Notes under the pieces: model-generated
Told to the model about the DNA's origin: nothing
Database searches by the model: none
The model's input: only the letters and a program-made list of their open reading frames with translations
Shown: one piece after another, positions 36,786-51,184 of the stretch
Position numbering within the stretch: the first letter of the stretch is position 1
Layout: every line of letters starts with the position of its first letter
NCBI GenBank assembly: GCA_002633005.1
Contig: NMRA01000110.1
Span: 771,786 to 835,785 of the forward strand
From: Phoronis australis
Taxonomy: Eukaryota; Animalia; Phoronida
Direction of reading: 5' to 3'
Length of the DNA stretch: 64,000 nt
Made by a program: the position numbers and the translations under genes

Positions 36786-37375
36786 CTCGCTGGTTCCCTG
36801 CGTGCCGCTAGGTGGGGCGGTAGCCCCGCCAGCACGCAGGTATCACTTAAATTTCCTCTGTAAATTTTTTTACACCGGCTTTTCTGATTGGCTAGTCGAA
36901 TTCTCAACAGGCAGCGCTTTGCGCAAACAAACTGGCATGAGTGATGGACTGAAGTGTAAATGTGGTCTGTTGTACAGACAAATCGGTGCTTAAAATTATG
37001 TTCAGGAAATGTGAAGCCTAGAAATTGTGATTGAGCCTTTTTGGAATGCATCTTTCTCACTGTCGATGACTTTTGTTTACGATATTGTCCTTATACAGTA
37101 TGGATAACACACCGGTTAAATAGGCCACATAATATGTGTTTATTGTGCATGTATGTGCTTCAAGCACGCGGCTATTAAACATCACTGCAGAAACGAAATA
37201 GTTGCTGCGACGCCACTTGCATGACAAGGCTAAAAATCGTTCACATCCGCCATTTTTTTTACGGTGTTGTAAAGCTAGCCAATGACTGCCAAGATTACAT
37301 CGACTAATGCTAAAGCGCGTGCCACTGCGTGATACCTGCGTTCTGGCTGGGCTAAGCACGCAGGGAACCAGCGAG
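36786..37375 (+). mobile_element. MITE with 20-bp TIR and 10-bp TSD (Mutator-like), copy A
   Basis: TIR ctcgctggttccctgcgtgc / gcacgcagggaaccagcgag; perfect TSD tgagtaaacc (36776-36785 and 37376-37385); sister copy at 58130-58700. Confidence 0.93.
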
Positions 37376-39944
37376 TGAGTAAACCATGTTTCAAATTGGT
37401 GATCTGGCGCATCCCGTCATTTAAAAAAATATACACTGATATTCGGCTCGCGTAATGTGTTGGAAGATTCTTGCCAATGTGGATAAAGGCTCGCTCGGTA
37501 CGCCTGTCCTTTGGTGCGTGTGTACATGCACGTACGTGTTTGCACATTAGTTTACATCCAGATCGAACACTTAAGTTTTCTTTTTAGATGAAATTTGGAG
37601 GCTTTACTTAACACCTATTGAAAATTTCAAAAATTGCACCCCGAAAAAGTGCCCATACAGAAGAAGAAATTTGCGTGAGAATGATTTTAGACGGCTTTTA
37701 GTGACTTTTAAGAAAAATTTGCTCGTGACGTCAGACTTTAAACTCAATCGTGCACTTTTACCCAACAAGTTGAACTAAAAAGGTGGAAACGCACAATTCA
37801 TTTATTTAGTCGACCGACTATTTTGTTAGTAAAAGGTCCACATCGCCAGGAATTCTAGCCCTCCATATTGAAGGCTGGGTGCGCGAATGCTCTGAATGGT
37901 TTTAATTTAGAATGTAGGAACTTAACTGAGAAACTGTAGAACTAATATAAACATGCCGTTTCAGCCCGAGAGAGGGCATCAGAATTCACTACGGAATTAA
38001 TATACCACGTAAAGTGACGGCTGGATATAAGAGACAAGAGGCGCTGCGGAGAAGATAAGGCAGTGAACTTATGTTGTCTGCCACACCTAGAAACCAGGCA
38101 TTCGCTGAAATCTACTGGCCAGAGTGTCTAACAACTATCCGTACCGGTACTTAACATGACATTATGACTGAGATGAAAGCAGACAATGAGGGAGCTAGAC
38201 TATGTAAAAATTTGATGTTGTCAAACTGATAACGACACGGCTCCCCACTGGCCGACCAGTCAATCGAGATACTTATTCACCGGTGAAATCGGCCAGAAGT
38301 GTAAGCATTGTACGTGCTTCAAGCACGCATAACTTCAGAAACGCCCGAGCGCTGTCACGCCACTGACAAGGCTAAAAACCGTTCATAGTGCGCCATTTTC
38401 TTTCTTTGTTGTGAAGCTAACCAATGATCGACTGCCTGGGTTATATCAACCAATGACAGTTTTCGTTATATCAACCAGTGATAAAACGGCGTGTGCTACT
38501 GAGTGTTCGGCACGTAGGGAACCACTAGCTAATCGAGCTGACAGTTCATGATGACTGCACAACCTGCCAAGGTGTTTTTTCTATTCATATGCTTTAAAGA
38601 GTTCCCACCATATATGTTCTTAGTTTTTGAGGTTTCAGTTACCTAATATGAAATAAATCCATAAAATAAATAAATAAATAAAAATTCCACAATCCATTCG
38701 GGGGTTCGGTCTGACGAGCAAAATCCTGGCTAATAAATAGTCATATGCCCTGCACACCTCTTCCTTAACTCAAAATCCTGGATCCGACCAGGTTTTTCTC
38801 AAGTTAATTTTGAAGAAGAATTACTTATTTCCAAGTTTCCCGCCAAATGATGTAATAGGTGGAGACATCAGGTGTAATGGGGAACACAGCATATCAGAGG
38901 ACGAGGACCTGACGATTTTGAGCGAGAACTGGGAAATTAGTATGCACTGAAAGAGAAGAGAGTGGATACGGGCATAACTCTGAAGCACTTGAATAATATC
39001 AGACAATATTAGCTACACCTTATGCGCATAGCTTCCTAATAACAATGAAACAGCAAGTGAAATCAGAACATCTTATATCTTAGTAATGCATATTTTTAAG
39101 GAATTTTACGTCTCACTATGAAACTACATTGAACTTGACAACTGCAGCTATACCATTCAAATACATTGTACACATGTGTTACCTCAAATGATTAATTTTC
39201 ATCTACTGATCTAATCATCCCAACAAGTGTGAGTCAGTTCATGAGTTCAATTCGCTTTTTAAGTTGTTTCAACTTTAATCACCATTGACGTTCAAGCTAA
39301 AATTGGCCAATCGAGTATAGTATTGGCTTAGAGCCCTATTTGACTCGGGCGGCGTCATGTGCAATAATACCAATGTAATTGGCAATATCCTTTCATCCCA
39401 AAGTACAGTATTCATGTTCTACATAATAATGCACAAATTGTCTACCACGTTGGCTCATACCTATTTGTATTAATCTCACATCTGTAGTACGCCTATCCAC
39501 TTCACTTTTTAATGTTACTCAATCATCAGTTTTCTATTTACAAAATTTAGCCTAAGTTAATGTAATTAAATTAGTAGTGGCATTTTCACGCCTACCCTAG
39601 TGTTTACCCCCCTAGTGTTCATTGCTTTTGCCCAAGCTTACTTAATTACTTTTAGTCTATTCACACGCCTGTATATATTTATTTTTTCTGTTGTTAGATA
39701 AGCATGCTAAGTATGAACTGTATGAATTTATTAGGCTTTAACTACACACAGAATAATTACAATTGTCCGGGTGTCTGGAAAACAAAAATACCCCATTGCT
39801 TTTCGCCTATCACGCTCGACCTCACTTTTCTACTAGGAAAACGACCCCGAACTGCGCACTTACGTAATGTTTACTACACAATGAAGAACTCACGTTGTGA
39901 TATCAGAGTTGTCATTGAGCAAAGCCTTTTGGCTGCTGCGCACT

Positions 39945-42657
39945 GACATATTCACATTTAACTGGACTGAAATCAAATACTGAGCAAAAGTGACATAAAT
40001 GTCACAATCTCAACATTCACTCAGTCACTCTACGACATACTAAATAATAATATCCCATCAACCATGAAAACAATAAAAAACAAGAACAAACCGTGGTTTA
40101 ACAAAAACATTAAGTATGAAATAAATAAAAGAAACAAACTGTACAAATCGTTCAGAAAATCAAATAACCCCTGCACGTTTAAGTGCTACAAAGAACAGTG
40201 CAAGAGTGTAGAAAAACTAATCAAAAAGACGAAACAAGACTATAAGATGAAAATTATCTCCAACTTCAACAATGTCGCCAAAAATCCAAAGGAATATTGA
40301 GATATAATAAACAAAATTCGAGGACAGGTAAAGCAATCTTCATAGCCCACCATCCACTCAAAGGAATCCAACACTGAGGCGTCATCCAAAGCGGAAAAAG
40401 TAAGTTATTTTTAGAATACTTCACCGCCAAGAGTCACCCTGCGCCAACAACAAGCTTTCCCGAATTCCCAAACAGAACATTAGAACACCTCTCTGACATA
40501 CAAGCCCAACCATCTGAAGTCCGAAAACTACTAGAAAATATTGACGAAAACAAAAAAGACGGTACCAATCTCATAACCAATAAAATGATTGAGATAATAG
40601 CAAGAGAGCTTACAGTTCCTTTGACAACATTATATAAAAAATACTACAATCTGGAAAATTTCCTTTGAACTGGAAACTTGGTGTTACGATACCAATACAC
40701 AAAAAGAACTCCAAAACAGACATTGCCAACTATCGCCCCATAACTCTACTTAACACCCTATCCAAAATTTTAGAAGAAATAATTTCTCAACACATGTTTG
40801 ACCACCTCTCTTCACAAAACCTCATATATCGTAGCCAATTCGGATTTATGAATGGTAACAGCACTGTGTCTCAACTTACAGAAATTGTACACGAAATCGG
40901 CACCTCCAGTTTGAGCAAGGATACAACGTGAGATCCGTATTCTTAGACATTGCGTCAGCTTTTGATGTCGTTCCCCATGACCTGCTTCTACATAAATTAC
41001 AAACTTACGGTTTCTCAGGCACTCCCCTATTACTTTTAAAATCATATCTGGAAAATCGAACTTACAAAGTCCGAATAGAGGGTGTCTTAGTCACGCTCAT
41101 CAACGCCAGGTTTCGTAAATGCTGGAGTACCACAGGGTAGCGTACTAGGCCCCTTACTCTTTTTATTGTACATCAATGATCTTCCAGACACAACAAACCC
41201 TAAAACATTCTTATATGCTGATGACACTACAATTTTCCATCCATTCTCAAAAGAGAATCCCCATGACTCATTACAATTGGAAACTGACCTAAACAAACTC
41301 TATGACTGGTCTTGAAAATGGATGATGAAATTTAAACCTGAAAAAAGTGTTGATCTTACATTTTCTAAGTCTGATAATACTCAATTTTAAACAAATCCAA
41401 TGCTGGAATACTCATTGGGGAAGATATTCCCAATAAGTTCAAACACAAACACCTTGGATTGCTACTAGACCACAAGCTTACATTTACTCCTCACTGTCGT
41501 GAACTCGTTCACAAAGTACAAAAATTAATCAATCCAATTAGAATTGTCTCTCGTCGTCTCAACTCCATGCATCTTAAAACTCTGTTCAAGTCTTTTGTTC
41601 TTCCACATCTAGATTACTGTGACATAATCTACCAATCGGCAAACGCTGGCATACTTCTTCAATTAGAAAGACTACAATACCAAGCAGCTTTAGCCATAAC
41701 AGGAGCATACAAAGGGTCCAACACAATCAAAGTTCTAAACAGTCTCAACTGGAGCAAACTAGCAACCCGTCGTCAACTCCACTTGTCCATGTATACATTC
41801 AAAATCTTAACCAACATAAACAATTACTCATACAAAATCCTCTTTGATTCCTGCAAAAGACCTAACAAGAGACCAGGACTGCGGCAAAGTAATATGCACA
41901 CTATTCCATCTTTCCTCAACCAGGCCTTCAGGAAATCTACCATATTAACTTGTATTGACAACTTGAATTCCTTACCATCCAAAATAAAAGAAAGCACTTC
42001 AATCGTCACTCTAGAAAATACTACTACTCAAGAGTTGCCAGTCCCATTGACATCGTTCCAACTTCCTCGCAACCATGAAATAATCCTATACAGATCAAGA
42101 TGCGGTCTATTTCTAAACAACGAGAAATTTAGACATAATTTTGATAATATTTCGCCTCTGTGTTGCTGTGGAGATGCGCAGACAAATGCTCATGTTTTCT
42201 GTGCTTGTGAGGTATGCAAGGAGCAGAGATTACAGTTTTTCCAGACACTCGAACAATACCCAAATATATATAAAAAATATTCTGAAATTCCTCAAGTGTA
42301 CAACAAAATTAATTTTTTCTATATGGAAGCCAAGAACTCAACCCAAATGAAAATAAGGTTTTATTCGAAATATCAAAATTTCTTTATAATATTAAATCTA
42401 TTTGTGTGAGTGGATAGAATTGTACAAATGTGTATGAAAATGATTTATTTACTTTCGTAATCATATGTCATTGTAATCTTAACAGTTTTTTAATTTATGT
42501 ATTTGTGTAAAATAATTGTATACAGATTTCTTTTTTATGTATTTGTGTAAACTAATTAAATATAGATTTCTTTGTACTTTTTTAACCCAGATATAATGCC
42601 TCTTGGCGCTTTCTGGGTTATGTATATTTATTGTATCAAAGATTTCGTAATAAACTT
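39945..42657 (+). mobile_element. 5'-truncated, frameshifted CR1/L2-clade LINE (RT), copy 2
   Basis: ORF pieces 40064-40300, 40665-40931, 40928-41140 and 41459-42409; [20 protein letters not shown] and LYADD motifs; AATAAA at 42649-42654. Shares the DWS*KW stop with copy 1. Confidence 0.9.
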
Positions 42658-43259
42658 CAGACAATGAATTCAATTTCCCACTTAGGGAACTTTCGGCGAC
42701 TTTCAGGCCGCCGGCTCATACGGTATGAGCTCGACCCACTAGCACAAGAAATGCTGCAGACACTTGGGTATGGTTGCATTAGTTGAAATGCGTGATCTAC
42801 TTGATCTACCGAATTTTACCTACCCGTTACTTAGTGAATTCCCGCAAGTGGTGTAACGAATAGTGGGAATATTTGAATAAGTGGCAATGCGTGTTTGGAG
42901 TCTCTAAAATTGTCAGCCAGTTGATGATGTCTTGTACGTTATCTTCCAGCCCGCAGGTGGCGCAGTGATTAGTGGAAATAGTTGAATTAGTTGAAGTGAG
43001 TGTTTTGTGTCTCTGAAGTTGAGAAGCTGTTGCTGACGTCTTCGTCCGTATGTGGAGCAGACGTAGCTTGTCATATTTGAATTTGCTTGGAACTTAACGC
43101 TGACTTCTTACCTGCGTATGAAGTCACCATTTCATCTTTCATTGCGCTACAGGCTTTAGCACCTCCTAGTGCCAGTATTTATAAGAGTAAGAAAAAAGTA
43201 ACATGGCCGGGGGGCGTTGCAATTAGTTGAACTGCAGCTTCCTGTTAATCTATTAGTAG

Positions 43260-46230
43260 GTCCCTACCAAAGATCTGCACTTGAAGACTACCAAAGCGAG
43301 ATATTTTCGAATTATGTTAAAGAGCAATTTTTCAAACGCGTCTTATTTGTAGGTCCCTATCTCCTTCGGCGTCAAAGCGTAAGGTCAAAGTCACAGACTT
43401 CCCCAAATTTCCAAATTTGATCCTCCGCTGCTACCTTATTAGGCTCGCCGGAAGAGTCGACTCACGCATTTGGAGTGAGTAAGTAAAGGGCTATCCAACA
43501 AAGAGAGAAGTTTTGAAATCTGGATAAAAAATTTAGGCACGAAAAAGTCTAAAAATGACGTTTTTCAAATTTGATCTTGCCGCGTAACCTTTTTAATAAT
43601 CCGATCGAACTAAAACTTGGTGGGCTGTAATTTCTCACACTCTACGTCCACCTGAAAAAGAATTTTTGAAATTGGAGACAAAAAACTTTTTGGCCCCCAA
43701 AAACCCTGTAGGCTTTTTCGGTAGAAAAAAATTGTCTTTGATTTTAAAGTTTCCGTTTTTATTTGAAAAGCCAATAATCTTTTAAATGGTCAGTCCCCAA
43801 GTTTCAGCTTGATTGACCTACTAATTAAAGTCACTGTGGCACACCAAAGTGACTCACCCAAGGGTCCTTTTTTGGAACCAAAATTATTTGTTTTCGATTT
43901 CAAAAATTCTTTAAGCATCTGATAGCCCCCTGTCTCTCCCCTCTAGAAATGTAAATGTCGTACTTTTCCTGGCCTTAGTAAGGCCGGCCAGAAGGGCTCC
44001 AAAGTGACCTACCTCATCACAATACCAGAAAAGTTGTGTCAAAATGTTAGCTATAGTTTGGGAAGTCATATTCTCATGACCAATGACCTGAAGACTACCA
44101 AGGCGAGACATATTCGAATTATGCTAAAATGCAATTTTTCAAACGGGTCTTATTTGTAGGCCCCTATCTCTTTCGGAGTCAAAGGTAAAAATTGTCTTTG
44201 ATTTTAAAGTTTCTGTTTCATATGAAAAGCCAATCTTTTAAATGGTCCGGCAGTACCCAAGTTTCAGCTTGATCGGCCACTAATTGAGGTAACAGTGGCC
44301 CAACAAGTGACTCACCGAAGGGTCCTTAGTGGAACCAAAATTATTTTGTTTTTGATTTCAAAAATTCTTTATGCGCCTAATAGTCCCCTGTCTCTCCTCT
44401 CTAGAAATGTAAGTATCGTACTTTTCCCAGCCTTCGATGTGCTGGCATTTTTAGCAATTTAAGCCAATACTTGACCAGTTTAACAAACAGCTTTACATAA
44501 ATTGGATACCTTCCCAGGACAGCATGATTTGGACAGTTGCTTCCAACACCCAGCAGTTGCTTACAGAATTTCAATTGGACGCGCTCGATACTAGAGTATT
44601 CTTTAAATTCCCAAATCTCACTTCCATAGCTAATGATTGGGTATACCATTTTATCAAAAATCTCGAGTGCAATTTTTGGTGAAAATCGTCCACATTTTCA
44701 CTGAAAACGTTTAATTGAAAAAATTGCTTTCTGTGCCTGGTGAGACAAAGTTTCCGTAGCTTGCGTCCAAACTAACTTAAGTGTAAGGCAAATACCCAGG
44801 TACTTATATGATGAGACGACATCAATTTTGTCATTTCCAAAATGCCATTTTTCGTATTTTCTCAATGGTCCGCCCTTTCTAAATACCATTATTTTTTTGT
44901 AAGATTGACTTTCATACCCCAATCCTGACAGTATTCATGCAGAGCGTTAATTTGTTGCTGTTGTTTAAATGCTGTCTCTGCACAACCAACCATATCATCA
45001 GCGTATAGCAACATACAAATTTGAGGCACATTCTCATTCACGTAAATTCCGCTAATTAAAGATTCTCTTAAGTAATCAACAAACTCGTTCAAATACATAC
45101 TAAATAAAAAAGGACTAAGCATACACCCTTGGCGAGTACCAATATTATTATCCCAAATCGACCTTCCCTGTTCAAAATATCAGAAAAGCTGTTTAAAAAA
45201 TTAGCTATAGTTTGGGAAGTCATATCCTCATGACCTATGACCAGAAGACTACCAAAGCGAGACATTTTCGTATGATGGTAAAGTGTAAGTTTTCAAACGC
45301 GTCTCATGTGAAGGCCCCTATCTCATTAGGAGGGTTAAGGTTTAAGGTCAAAGTCACAGACTCCCCCAAATTTGTTTCACCGCTTTTATTTTATAAGGGC
45401 TCGCCAGAAGTGGCAACTAACGTATTTGGAATGAGTACGTAAAGGGCTATCCAACAAAGAAGTTTTGAAATCGGGGTAAAAAAATTTTAGGTGCGAAGAG
45501 GTCTGAAAATGACGTTTATCAACTTTGATCTTGCCGCGTGACCTTATTAATAATCCGATTGAACTCAAACTTGGTGGGCTTTAGTTTCTCAGCACTCTAC
45601 GTCCATCTGAAAAAGAATTTTTGAAATTAGAGAGAATTTTTTTTGGCCTCTAAAAAACCACGGACCGTAGGCTTAGGGTTTATTCGATCGAAAAACTTTT
45701 TGTCTTTGGTTTTAAAGTTTCAGTTTTTATTTGAAAATCCAATCTTTTAAATGGCCAATACCCAAGTTTCAGCTTGATCGGCCAACTAATGAAGGCCACA
45801 GTGGCCCACTAAGTGACACACCGGTTAAATGGGCCAGATGCGTATTCTACCCGCAAACCAGCGAGTGTCGTCTCGTGCAGCTACTAACTAGCATGGCGGA
45901 GCAAAGCATCAGTCGTCGAAGGTAATAACTAACAGGTGGCAATGAGGAACACCAAGAGGTGGGCAAAAATTCAGTTTCGATGAATTTTCAAATCGTCCAG
46001 CAAGAACTTGATTCCGGCATTTTGGTACACAATTATCACTCAAGAAAGTGTTCACGGCAACGCTAGTATACTTTTTAAAAATTTGGTCGGAGTGTTGGTG
46101 AGGTTGCGCACAGCTAGACGAGTACTTTTGTCAATAGACGCACGGACACACGACACACCTACAACATCGCCTTCGACATAGCCACAGAATAACAGTAGTT
46201 TTGACGCTCTCGAGAGCGAAGTTAAAATTA
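43260..46230 (+). repeat. Helentron-like tandem array, copy 2 (interrupted by a LINE fragment)
   Basis: Units start at ~43280, ~44090 and ~45245 (aagactaccaa.gcgaga); palindrome cgctctcgagagcg at ~46205; duplicate of 19420-21628. Confidence 0.6.
44435..45151 (-). mobile_element. Internal LINE RT fragment inserted into the tandem array
   Basis: GTRQGCMLSPFLFSMYLNE..LLYADDMV..WGMKVNLTK..YKYLG..SYGSEIW..IERVQLKFCKQLLGV (ORFs 44889-45122, 44698-44922, 44401-44649). Absent at the matching site in copy 1 (~20535-20557). Confidence 0.9.
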
Positions 46231-49200
46231 CTTCTTTCAGTGTAAATTTTTAGTCCAACGAACATCAACATTTCATCGATACGGAGCCTTTGTGTAGGTG
46301 GGACCTTCGGGAAAAACGAACTACCTCAGTGGATACATGCCCCGACTGAGGCCAGTTGCCTGTTCCGTGTATTTGCATAGCTCTGCGGACAGGCATTAGG
46401 GATACAAACAACAGGAGTAATTAATTTGTTTATTTTTAGAAACCATATTCACTCCATAAATATTGGGGTTCGGTATAAAACACTTGTGATAAAAATCTAC
46501 ACATGCAACAATGGAATTTACAAAATAACCTTGTAACATTTAACCACAAACTTTTGTGAAACAGACAGAAATGGCATAAACAAACCATGGCCATTCTGTC
46601 AAAAAGACAAAACTGCCTCGCATATTTACATTACTGAGTAATACAATGAGGTTCCTCTTCGCACTGCACAAACTAAACCATGAGGACGAATACAGAAAAA
46701 GTGCTTCCAAATGATCAACTTCAGTTGCATTGTTTCAATCACTAATCAATCATTTAACCAACATTGACGATTACTTACAGGAAAACCCAAACGGTCATTT
46801 TTCAAGTCTCACACAGCAGTATAATAACACTGAAATCTAAATTTTCAAAAAACGAGACAAACCAATTTAGAAGATGCAAAAGAGAAGGCTCAGATTTTAT
46901 TAATGGCAATGGTTATGATGATATCTGTTCACACGTGTAGTGGTTGGCTATGATTATATATAACATCAAAAATGGACAGAACTTTGACCTATACATCACA
47001 GTCACTGCAACCAGAGATTCTAACAGTCTGTCTCCACCAGAGTCCACAAGATGGCGCTTTAAGAAAATGTAATCCAAATCACCATCTAGAAAACGAACAA
47101 GTGATTAGCTTGAACAAAACAAGGTTCCATCCACAGCCAGCAAAAGTGCTAACAATCCGTGAACACACAAACACACAGATAAACTTGTTTTACTTAAACT
47201 GTAAGTAGCCGCAGATAAGTTGGGCCAAGTGAAGTGCATCGCCAAGGAGCTGACGCGTGAGTTTGTTAAACATGTTGAAACACTACCACACATAGTGGAT
47301 GATGAAAGTTCATAATGTAGGATCTGTGTTGAAATACCTTCATTACATCTCTATTTGTACAAAATACAGGTGAATTGGTTGGCCAGAACTGTGGGAGCTA
47401 TACCAAACACCACTACAGACCAAGGATCACCAATAATAGTTTGGCCATGGACAAATGGACATCTAAAGTAAACACTGTCCTAATCCAACACCTAACTTAT
47501 GCGCACAGCAATCTTAATATACAATTGTTAATAATTTAGACAAAACGTTACTTAAAACTCTACACCATCAGTTAACAGAGCACCATTGGTTGAATACAAA
47601 GCAGGTAACATTCACCTGTACACATAAAACACTGTACAGACATATCTACACTACAATTCATGAGTAGGCGAGAAGAGTTAACAAACAATCCGTGATTTCA
47701 AAAGACAAACGGTTCAAAGTTAAATACAAAATGTTCATTCATTGTAACAGTGCTATCACGCAGCCAATCCAACAGATTGCCACTCATGACATAGTACGTG
47801 TTCAGACACCATGTTGACAACTGTTGCCATGGTGATACAGTATGGCTATGTCAAACGCAAGGTATTAAATACAAATAGATCACGTGTTTACTTTAACATC
47901 AAAAAACTAAAGCACACTTAAACGGAACTTAAACCATTCATGCTTCTTACGTTCATTTATAAATCCAATAAATATAAAACAAGTTTCAAACCACAAGCCT
48001 CAACTGCTGGACATCACAACGGTTCTGGTCATCACCAGCAATCACTTGAAGATCAATGCTATGTCCTCATGAGAGATCATCTCCAAATTAACACGATTGT
48101 CCAGTTGCAAAAAGAATCGACCAAAATTACAAAAATCAGCCACACACCCACTGGTAGTCTTAGTGCAGGCTCAACACATACATGTCAATTACAATACAAC
48201 CACAATGGGTAGCATAGCATTACAAGATACAACCTACGCGACCACTTACAAGCTTACCAAATTCAATCAAGACCCTAGGAATCTTGAGCCCATCCTTTTG
48301 CAAAANAAAAAAAAAAAAAAAAAAAAAACACGTAACCAGTTTGAAAAATGATTGGTTCGCCGATGCCCCCTCTACAGGATAAAACGTTTTCGGCCAGATA
48401 TAGAGGTGCGCATGCGCTACTTCCTCCATCTTTGACCGGAAGTCAACGATTTTTGGCACAGTTGTAGCACACGATTTTGACACGGGGGTTGCTTGCACAA
48501 ACTCAGTATTTTATCTCCGACAGGCGTACAAGTAAAAGCACAAGTGAAATCCGCCATGTTAACTATTTAGCTTCGTTCAATTCAGAGTTTTGTGTTTGTT
48601 TTTAGAAATTCAATAACCAGTTCACCATCACAAGTTGGACAATTCAATGGGATTAAGGAAAGAAGGCTTCTGATGTTTATGCAGGAATATTCCTGGATGC
48701 GCATTTGTGCTATTAGTACATGTACGTGTACATACAAAAGGGAAAAAGTACATTACAGTACATGTACATGTAATTCCACCCCCAGACGCATCTTTTAAAA
48801 CGAACTGTTCCAAAAATACAAGGATCTAGTAACTTACAGCTGTACAGCTTACGGGTAATGTATACATGTAGGTTGCAGATTGCATTAAAATGAGTGAATA
48901 GGCCGTTAACACTTTCCGATAGTTGATCGTAAATTGCCATTCGTGTTTAAAACTTTTACATGAGCATAACTGCGTTCTAATTTTCAATGCCCTTGAGGTT
49001 TCTCTTTCATATGTTACCGCTGAATTACACCAAGTCTGCCAGAACCAACTTTTTGAAAAGACATACTTTTGTCATCAGGGGCACCCAAAGGGCACATGTT
49101 CAAATGTGGTCAGAAATATCCCTGTTTATGTAATACCAGTCTGAAGGAGTTGCACACAGATTTTGGTTGGATTTAGAACTGTTGAAGCTGGGAGCCTGGG

Positions 49201-49259
49201 CTCGACAAAGTTTTAGTGCCCAAGTTTTATGTTTCTTATATGGTTAACTTAGACACGGC

Positions 49260-50008
49260 ATGACACTCGGATCTAGGAATTCCATGCGTGCTTCACTTCA
49301 CACAAAAATCTTCCCAAAACCGAGTGTCAGACCTTTTAGTATTATAGTGTATTTGGGACGATTAGACTCAGAGGCTGGGGTCGCCTGGGATACAACTGAC
49401 AGACGTCCTCAGCTTCTGATCGTACATGTACCCAATGAACTCAGGACTAAATCTTTCATGAGTGCTTCACTAGTTCAATACAGGTGTCCATATCAAATAA
49501 AAAATTATAAATTTACACAAAACAGGGATTCAGCTAACCATGAGCAATTTTTGTATCTTCTGGTAGCATTTACAGTGTCCTGCTCTGGACAGCGGTCGAA
49601 GCACACAATTCTGTCCAAAAAGCAGATGCGTACTGTCAATGTGTCACACCGGAGTCGATACGAGCTATCCGATGACTTACGGAAGAAAGGCAATTGCCGA
49701 TTTATCACGGAGGGTTTCGTAATGGTCTAGATATGTGTGGAATTACTAATGTCACGACCTTCCGCGACGAATCTGCAATTTTCATGCGACAGAGTGACAG
49801 TACTGTACGTGTTGGCTTTTGGGAAGATTTTTGTGCTTTGATAGCGAATTTGTTGCAAACAAGCTGGAGCTGGGCATCATGAATGCTATCAGAAGGAATA
49901 ACAATTACTCATGGTTTGTTGGATCTGTTTTGTTTACATTTGTTGAGGTTTGTGTTTGATATGGGCGGTGAAGTGAAGCACCCGTGGAATTCCTAATCCC
50001 GTGTCATA
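49260..50008. mobile_element. Degenerate inverted-repeat element (MITE-like)
   Basis: atgacactcggatctaggaattccatgcgtgcttcacttcac (49260-49301) is inverted to gtgaagtgaagcacccgtggaattcctaatcccgtgtcat (~49968-50007); cacaaaaatcttcccaaaa (~49301-49319) is inverted at ~49817-49835. Confidence 0.6.
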
Positions 50009-50679
50009 CATGTTTCTTGTAGTACATTGTAATTTGTATGGGAGACCATCAGAAGCTCAGAACGTCTGTGGTATAAATCAGGTTTTGTTGGCTTTTACAT
50101 ACACTGGCACTTCTTTCAAAGTAAACAAATATGAAACTTACCATAAATCTGAAGTTCGCTGTGAAAATCCTTCATTATTCTGTTACACACGCTGGTTTCA
50201 AACTGTAGAAAATCTCTAAACAACTCAAGTGTTCTTCAACGGAAATTTCAAAATGGCTGTGAGAGTCATCTGGTGGAAAGTTTTCTTTAAAAAAAGTAAA
50301 ATTACGCTGTAATACATCTGGTTGAATGGATTGGACCATTAGTGACTCACTAATGTAAAGCGGTATGCGGTACACGCGGTAGGAGCTACATGTACAAATA
50401 TCCAGTACTGGGCCAATACCGTCTTGTTTACTGGGAGTTTTCATTGTTCATTGCCCGAACTTTTTCATTATTCACAACAAACATCGTACAAAAAGTGAAG
50501 ACATTTTAATACCAAATAACAGCGTTAATGAGATTATGATACACTGCAACTGATGTAACAGCACATAAGTAACTAATGGGAATAGAATCTGCCCAAGAAC
50601 CAGCACTTGCTACAGAACCGTTGGGCAGAATAAAAGTGGGTGATCCGATGAGCACTCAAAATGTCACGGCTCATTGCTA

Positions 50680-51184
50680 TGCCAGTACTGGCCCAGCCCT
50701 ACTAGTAAAGAACCACTTCGTGAACTTTACTGGGGCACAACTGGGAGTATTAAGCTGGCCCACTACTGGACCAACGCTGGCCCAGCACTGCATACGGTAT
50801 TGGCTTATTAATGGCCCAATATCGTAAAAAGCTGTTGCAGCCGGCCCGTTACCGCTCCGGTATAGGCCTAGTACTGACCCATGATTACATCATGTCATGT
50901 ACTGGGCCAGTACTGGGAGTAAGCTAGCCAAGTACAGGGTCAATACCGGCCCGGCCTTATACAGGTTACTGGCTTATTAGTGGCCCAATACCATACAAAG
51001 CTGTTACAGCCCGTTACCGCCCCGGTTTTGGCCCATTACTGGCCCGATACTGCTTACGGTACATGGCCAGTATGTATGACAGTGTGCACGACGTTATTGT
51101 GCCAGTACTGGGCTGCGGTAAAGGGACAGTATCGTGGACACGGTAATGGGACAGTACTGGTCCAGTACTGTAATGTTGACTGGG
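50680..51184. repeat. Cluster of palindromic ccagtactgg repeats ending in tgttgactggg (probable end of a CACTA/EnSpm-type non-autonomous element)
   Basis: Many exact or near-exact ccagtactgg/ggccca motifs; a similar end (ccagtactgggcc..tgtttactggg) occurs at ~50402-50435. Superfamily assignment is inference. Confidence 0.5.

Larger units (their letters stand above)
26840..46714. repeat. Segmental (tandem) duplication, copy 2
   Basis: Colinear with 8816-22101, with copy-specific blocks at 26970-27553, ~31160-34225, ~35936-38628 and 44435-45151. Confidence 0.93.

Noticed and set aside
48302-48328. Poly(A) run as a retrocopy tail
   Set aside because: No nearby AATAAA, TSD or coding sequence; it contains an N, so its length is unreliable (as does the C run at ~53265).
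49260-49730. 156-aa ORF
   Set aside because: No recognisable motif and it lies inside an inverted-repeat element; probably a chance ORF.
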